Origin: a virus
Direction: 5' to 3' (one strand)
IMG/VR virus record: IMGVR_UViG_3300017934_000004
Location: 1 to 35,311 of that record
Length of the DNA stretch: 35,311 nucleotides
Shown in pieces: positions 30,978 through 35,311 of the stretch (its first letter is position 1; every line of letters begins with the position of its first letter). The notes under the pieces are model-generated. The model saw only the letters and a list, made by a program, of their open reading frames with translations. It ran no database searches and was not told the origin of the DNA. The position numbers and the translations under genes are program-made.

Positions 30978-31090
30978 AATAGAGCGCGAGTACCGTTTTA
31001 CGCTCGGGCCTTCGCCTTAGATCGGCCGGGCGCAACGTGTGCCTGCTAATAGATTGGCAGTACCGTTTTAGGCTCGGGCATTCGCCTTAC
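30978..31090. repeat. Two 43-bp imperfect direct repeats, 70-bp period
   Basis: 30978..31020 and 31048..31090 are 36/43 identical (aataga..agtaccgtttta.gctcgggc.ttcgcctta). Intergenic, just downstream of 31092..31598 (-). Confidence 0.8.
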
Positions 31091-31091
31091 G

Positions 31092-31598
31092 TCACTTAGG
31101 GCTCGGAAGGCTGCCAGCTCGCATGGATTTTGTTTCGCGAGCTTGGCCAAGGCCCGCTGGCGGCCGCGGATCCGGATGAAAGTTTGCGACCGCCGCCTCT
31201 AACACTCGCACGCGAGAATACAGCGCGCGTATCGTGCGCTGGTCGGCGGCAAGCAACTCAGCCAGGCTCACTACTTGTTTGGCGAGCGAGGCGCCGGCGG
31301 CCGGCAGCTCATCGCGCATCACAAACCCGGCGGCGCGTAATGTGCCTATCTGCGTCGTCGATCCGGTTTTAGTTTCGGCAGCGACAAGTTTCCGAACCAG
31401 CTTTTCGAGTTTGATCCTTAGCGGTCCGAATGCCGAGCCGTGCCGCCCGTATTCGTTCTTGCAAGCGGTCGTACAAAACATGCGGTTCGGTTTAGTGACT
31501 GGAAATTTTTTATCGCAATTCCGGCAGCATTTCCGCTTGTACCGGATCGGTTCGGGCGGCGCTGTGACGGCCTGTGGCGATTCGAGGGATACGTTCAT
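31092..31598 (-). CDS. Zinc-ribbon plus coiled-coil protein
   Basis: CRNCDKKF..(10 aa)..FCTTAC four-Cys motif near the N-terminus, with a helical C-terminal half. Confidence 0.55.
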   Translation of the reverse strand: MNVSLESPQAVTAPPEPIRYKRKCCRNCDKKFPVTKPNRMFCTTACKNEYGRHGSAFGPLRIKLEKLVRKLVAAETKTGSTTQIGTLRAAGFVMRDELPAAGASLAKQVVSLAELLAADQRTIRALYSRVRVLEAAVANFHPDPRPPAGLGQARETKSMRAGSLPSPK

Positions 31599-31679
31599 AC
31601 ACCGAGCGTACCATGTGCCGCTTGCGGCACGCTCTAAGCCGGCGCGCGGGGATTTAATTCGGCTCAGTGAGCCTCAAAA

Positions 31680-32159
31680 TCAGGAAAGTTTAGGCGGGCC
31701 GCCGGCCTCAGTGATCGTATCGCGCATTTCCTGAAGCAACTTTACAACTTTCATACCGAGGCCGTTCCCGGTGAAAGTCGCGCGGAGCTCGGCCTCGGTG
31801 TGCGTCGCCGCGAACAGCTCAGTAACTCGCGCGACGATTCGCTCATCGCTCACGCGAATCGCAGCGGTCGCCTGGTGGATCTTCCACCTGGTTTGATCGG
31901 CCTGGTGCCGCACTTCGCCATTCACGCCGAAGTATCGAAGCATGAGCATTCCGCCGTACTCTTGACCCTGGATTGCCGCGGCCTTAAATTCGTTTGGGTG
32001 TGTCTCGCGCAAGTGCGTCGATAGCCTCATCACAAAACGAGCAGTGCGCGCGTCGGGTGTATCGCCTAGATCCACACCTGGCGGCGGCGTGAATCGCCGG
32101 TTACATAAGCGGCAATTGATCGGCACGACGATTTCGGAAACTGCAGCCGGCGAGCTCAT
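31680..32159 (-). CDS. Hypothetical protein
   Basis: 159-aa ORF whose ATG directly follows the stop of 32160..33725 (TAGATG). Confidence 0.55.
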   Translation of the reverse strand: MSSPAAVSEIVVPINCRLCNRRFTPPPGVDLGDTPDARTARFVMRLSTHLRETHPNEFKAAAIQGQEYGGMLMLRYFGVNGEVRHQADQTRWKIHQATAAIRVSDERIVARVTELFAATHTEAELRATFTGNGLGMKVVKLLQEMRDTITEAGGPPKLS

Positions 32160-33725
32160 CTAAAAACCGCCATCGCTTGCGCGACCATTCGGGGCCGCCG
32201 ATGCCGGCAGGCCTGGCGCGGGCTGCTGAATGTCGCCGGCGGTTTCCTCATCCTCACTAAACTCGCTCGGCTCGCTTGACAAGAATTGCGCGATGAATTG
32301 CAAAACCTGTTCTTTCGGTGCGAGCTGCGCGAGCTGGCCGCGGAGCAGCTCGGTCGGCGCCTCAGTCTTACGCAGCTCGATCACATCGGCAATTGTTTGC
32401 GGGTGGAGCTGCTTTAGTCCATCGTAGGCCCGGCGGCCGTATTCTTGTATGAACCAATCGCGGAACTCCATGCCGGTAACGCCTCGTACAAAATAGTTTG
32501 AGAGAAACGGCGTGACCTCATCGAACATCGGGCCGAATTGTTCACTGATATTCGCGATCATCTCTTGAATCTCCTCGGGGGTTTCTTGCTCTGCTGCTGC
32601 TGTTGCACTCGTCGGTAACGCGCCGGCGCCGTTGGCGACCTCGGCTGTGCGGCGTGCCGGCTGCTTGACACCGCTACGCATCGCGATCGCCTGCATCACG
32701 GGGCCTGCGGCCTCGATTAGTTTTTCGCCAATTCGTACGCCGACCTCCGGCCACTCAATTTTTCCGTCGGTTGTCACCTTGCCGCCGCGGCCGAAAATCG
32801 TACCGAGTACATCTTTTGCCTCGGCGAGCTCTCTTAACTCCGCGAGCAGTGAGCGCGGCGCCGCGACCGTTCCTTTATTCGCCTCGGTGAGTTTTAACAG
32901 CAACTCGTTTTGGAAGCGGCGCGATTCGATGAGCTCGGCGCGCAAATGATCGTCGCCGCCGCCGCCATTTTTACTTTCAAGTAGCTTCAGTACGATCGCC
33001 TCTAGGCCGGCGCTGGTTTTCGGCTGCTCGCGTTGAATCGCCTGCACGACCTCGGCCGCGATCGTCGAGGCCTCATCTTTACGCGCACCGGGTAGCAACT
33101 CGCGCACCAAGGCGATAACTTTATCCTCGCCGGCGGCTGCCGGTGCGCCCTGCGCGGCTGCCTGTTCCGCGGCGGCCTCTTGTCTTGCGAGGGCCTGCAG
33201 CTTCGGTTTCGCCCATGCCCACTCTTTATTATTGTCGCTGTCGAGCCATTCGCCGAAAGGAATCCGCGGCGGAAAGTCGTAATTCAAAATCTTAAAATAC
33301 TCCTGCCGTATGTTCGTCGTTAACCTGGTCGTCGGATTGTAGCGGACCAGGGTAAGTTTATAGCCGCCGCTGCCGCCATAAGAGGCGCGCATGATTTCGT
33401 CAGGATCCGTCGGCCTGGTGAACTTTTGTATGTTGAAATCGTTCCCAGTGCGCCCGCGGTCGATCACCGGCGCGGTGCGGAACAAGTACATGAACAGGCC
33501 GCCCTTTTCCCAATCGAGCGGATCGTATGCGCGTTGCAGTGCGAAAATATCCAAGTGGCTGTTGTCGCTGTCGAGCTCGGCACCAGTCCGTACAGCGGCC
33601 TCTAACTCGGGCGACGTTTCACCAGGCGCGGCATAATTCGTGTTGGTGCGCGGCCGGCCTCGGCCTCGCTTTGGTGCGGCAGCCTCGGACGGTTCCTCGA
33701 TCGGTGTAGTTTTTGTGCGTGCCAT
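32160..33725 (-). CDS. AT-hook-containing 521-aa protein with long helical and acidic regions
   Basis: KRGRGRPR AT-hook at aa 19-26. Ala/Glu-rich coiled-coil centre. Acidic C-terminus. Function unknown. Confidence 0.6.
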   Translation of the reverse strand: MARTKTTPIEEPSEAAAPKRGRGRPRTNTNYAAPGETSPELEAAVRTGAELDSDNSHLDIFALQRAYDPLDWEKGGLFMYLFRTAPVIDRGRTGNDFNIQKFTRPTDPDEIMRASYGGSGGYKLTLVRYNPTTRLTTNIRQEYFKILNYDFPPRIPFGEWLDSDNNKEWAWAKPKLQALARQEAAAEQAAAQGAPAAAGEDKVIALVRELLPGARKDEASTIAAEVVQAIQREQPKTSAGLEAIVLKLLESKNGGGGDDHLRAELIESRRFQNELLLKLTEANKGTVAAPRSLLAELRELAEAKDVLGTIFGRGGKVTTDGKIEWPEVGVRIGEKLIEAAGPVMQAIAMRSGVKQPARRTAEVANGAGALPTSATAAAEQETPEEIQEMIANISEQFGPMFDEVTPFLSNYFVRGVTGMEFRDWFIQEYGRRAYDGLKQLHPQTIADVIELRKTEAPTELLRGQLAQLAPKEQVLQFIAQFLSSEPSEFSEDEETAGDIQQPAPGLPASAAPNGRASDGGF

Positions 33726-33869
33726 TTTTCCGGAGCTCTCCTGTCTGTTTGCCTGGAATCGTACCGCAAAACAGCGGCGTTTTCAATTCGGCTCAATATC
33801 TTAGTGCCACTAACCCCCTACTTGCGCGCCAAAATCGGGATGGTGTATGCTCAGCCTTAATCTGGAGAA
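33726..33869. promoter_or_regulatory. Divergent intergenic region (probable promoters for 33725 (-) and the long rightward block)
   Basis: Positional inference only. A ggag SD precedes the ATG at 33870. Confidence 0.3.
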
Positions 33870-35141
33870 ATGTTGCAAGACATCGAACCAACTGCCGGCA
33901 ATCGGCTCTATGACGTGAGCGCACCAGCGGCCACGGCGCCGGCCGATAGTGCGCCCGCGCGGCGCCTGGCGATCGTGCCGAAGGATCCACAGAGCACGAA
34001 ACCGCCGGTAGCTGGCGCGCGCATGGAGCGGCGCACCGTTCCCGATGATGACGACCAGGCGACGGCCGAAACCATATCAATGATGTGCGACTACATCCGG
34101 GCCGGCGTAAAGGATCCGCTCTGCGTCGCGTGGGCCGAGTGGGCTCTCGATTGTTTCGGTATGGGCGTTGATGACGCCCGCGCGAAATTTTGGGCCGTGT
34201 TCTGGTGTTTGAAACATGCGGTGAAGTACCGACGCGATGAGCCCGAGCTGTTCCGAATCGGCGAACGCAGTGCGCGTGATTTGCTAACCGCGCCGAGTGT
34301 GTTAGTGCGGCAAGCGGCGCCGGCCGAGGATTGCGACGGTTTTACGATGCTCGCATGCACACTGCTGCAGATCCTCGGTGTGCCGGCATTCATTGTCACG
34401 GCGAAAGTGGATCCGGGTGAGCCTGGCCGCTGGTCACATGTATTCGCGATGGCCGATGTTGCCGGTGTCGGATTGTGTTCGCTGGATGGTTCGCACGGCA
34501 AGGCGCCCGGCTGGATGGTTCCGCGATCGCACATTTTCGGTTACCAGGTTTGGGATCTTAATGGCCGCCCGATTCATAAAAAATTGCCCGTCGTGCAGCC
34601 GCGGCTGCAGGGTTACGAATATCGGCCGCGAGGCATGGGCGCGCAGCCTGGTGCGGTTCGCCGGCGCCGCGGCGTGGGCGATACCTGCGCGGTGGATCCT
34701 ACGACGGGCGTACTGTCGGATCTCACGACGGGCCTACCGTGCGGAACGAGCACCGGCCCGCTTTCTGCGCTGCCATCATCGGGCGTTTGCGTCAATGGTT
34801 TTGATACCGGCTCTGGCGATCCGTGCCTCGCGCCGACGGGCCCGCCAGCCGTAATCACTCCGATCGCCGGCACGCCAGCACCGAATCCGGCGAATGTTCC
34901 GACTGCAACGCCGAGCACACTACAGTCTATTATCAATAATCTTTTTGGTGCGGGCACCAAGATCGCCACCATCGCGACGGCGCCGGCCGGATCCACTATT
35001 TCGCCGACGGGCGCCGTCACGATCGGCGGCGCGCCGCTCATGGCTTCACTCGGGAATCTGCTGCCCTGGCTGCTGGTTGGCGGAGTGATTCTTTTTGCCG
35101 TGAATGCGGCGAGCAGCGCACCAAGTCGAGGGCGGCACTAG
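33870..35141 (+). CDS. Membrane-anchored transglutaminase-like (papain-fold) cysteine peptidase
   Basis: EDCDGFTMLACTLLQILGVPAFIV .. RWSHVFAM .. SLDGS fits the Cys-His-Asp transglutaminase-core pattern. RGMGA (34629..34643) and RGVGD (34668..34682) follow the domain. Gly/Pro/Thr-rich linker. C-terminal helix LPWLLVGGVILFAV. Confidence 0.65.
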   Translation: MLQDIEPTAGNRLYDVSAPAATAPADSAPARRLAIVPKDPQSTKPPVAGARMERRTVPDDDDQATAETISMMCDYIRAGVKDPLCVAWAEWALDCFGMGVDDARAKFWAVFWCLKHAVKYRRDEPELFRIGERSARDLLTAPSVLVRQAAPAEDCDGFTMLACTLLQILGVPAFIVTAKVDPGEPGRWSHVFAMADVAGVGLCSLDGSHGKAPGWMVPRSHIFGYQVWDLNGRPIHKKLPVVQPRLQGYEYRPRGMGAQPGAVRRRRGVGDTCAVDPTTGVLSDLTTGLPCGTSTGPLSALPSSGVCVNGFDTGSGDPCLAPTGPPAVITPIAGTPAPNPANVPTATPSTLQSIINNLFGAGTKIATIATAPAGSTISPTGAVTIGGAPLMASLGNLLPWLLVGGVILFAVNAASSAPSRGRH

Positions 35142-35170
35142 TGTACGTCAGCTCCGCAAATGCGCTGCCG

Positions 35171-35311
35171 ATGTTACCGCGCGTGCGGAATCTGCAGCGG
35201 CCGGCCCGGCCCCGGCTGCAACTTATCAAACCGTCAACACTAGCAACACGGCGCAGCGTGCCGTCGTTTTCGGCCGGGCGGCGGCACGTGGGGTGGCAGC
35301 CGCTACTAGTA
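35171..35311 (+). CDS. Probable 5' end of the gene that continues as 14..745 across the junction
   Basis: ATG at 35171 is in frame (87 nt) with the ORF at 14 once the 67-nt overlap is collapsed, with no stop between. The start choice (ATG 35171, GTG 14 or ATG 149) is unresolved. Confidence 0.4.
   Translation, partial: MLPRVRNLQRPARPRLQLIKPSTLATRRSVPSFSAGRRHVGWQPLLV
35245..35311. repeat. Terminal direct repeat, copy 2
   Basis: Identical to 1..67. Confidence 0.9.

Noticed and set aside
30887-31091. tRNA or attP site in the repeat-containing intergenic region
   Set aside because: No cloverleaf-compatible arms or GTTCGAATC-like T-loop could be found by eye here or elsewhere in the window.
1-35311. 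Haloarchaeal or other archaeal virus origin, suggested by the high GC and membrane proteins
   Set aside because: The proteins are not acidic overall. The genes use bacterial-type GGAGG/GGGGG SD sequences with tight spacing. Bacterial-type modules are present: a DnaA domain IV-like protein, a small serine resolvase and a Tat signal.

Overview
The window is a complete, GC-rich (about 60 percent by eye) replicon of 35,244 bp. Its first 67 nt recur exactly at 35245..35311, so the contig closes on itself and is either circular or terminally redundant. The gene layout looks viral. A rightward block of about 24.5 kb (33870, across the junction, to 23119) holds tightly coupled genes with ATGA, GTGA and TAATG overlaps. 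It encodes eight C-tail-anchored membrane proteins, a GT4 / SAM-methyltransferase / GT2 cluster, an acidic scaffold-like protein and a basic His-rich membrane protein. It also encodes a well-expressed beta-rich capsid-like protein, LamG/Ig-like fibre proteins, and six consecutive genes carrying 8-9 copies of one beta-sandwich domain. A leftward block (28136 to 23240) carries an XRE regulator, a small serine recombinase, an HNH endonuclease, a DnaA-domain-IV-like protein and a Tat-signal paralog of the capsid-like protein. A rightward Rep-like block (28564 to about 30500) sits behind an origin-like region, and a further leftward block runs 33725 to 31092. I could not recognise a terminase, portal, packaging ATPase, polymerase, tyrosine integrase, tRNA or CRISPR array. 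Three signals stand out. (1) The 16-bp palindrome GTGCAACCGGTTGCAC occurs 7 times at three control regions, three of them inside a 114-bp tandem repeat that an ORF reads through. (2) The membrane proteins share an RRG[MV]GD leader, and a membrane-anchored transglutaminase-like cysteine peptidase carries the same motif. (3) One beta-sandwich gene is split, with its last strand lying 2.1 kb downstream behind two inserted fibre genes. All functional calls come from reading motifs by eye; no database search was run.
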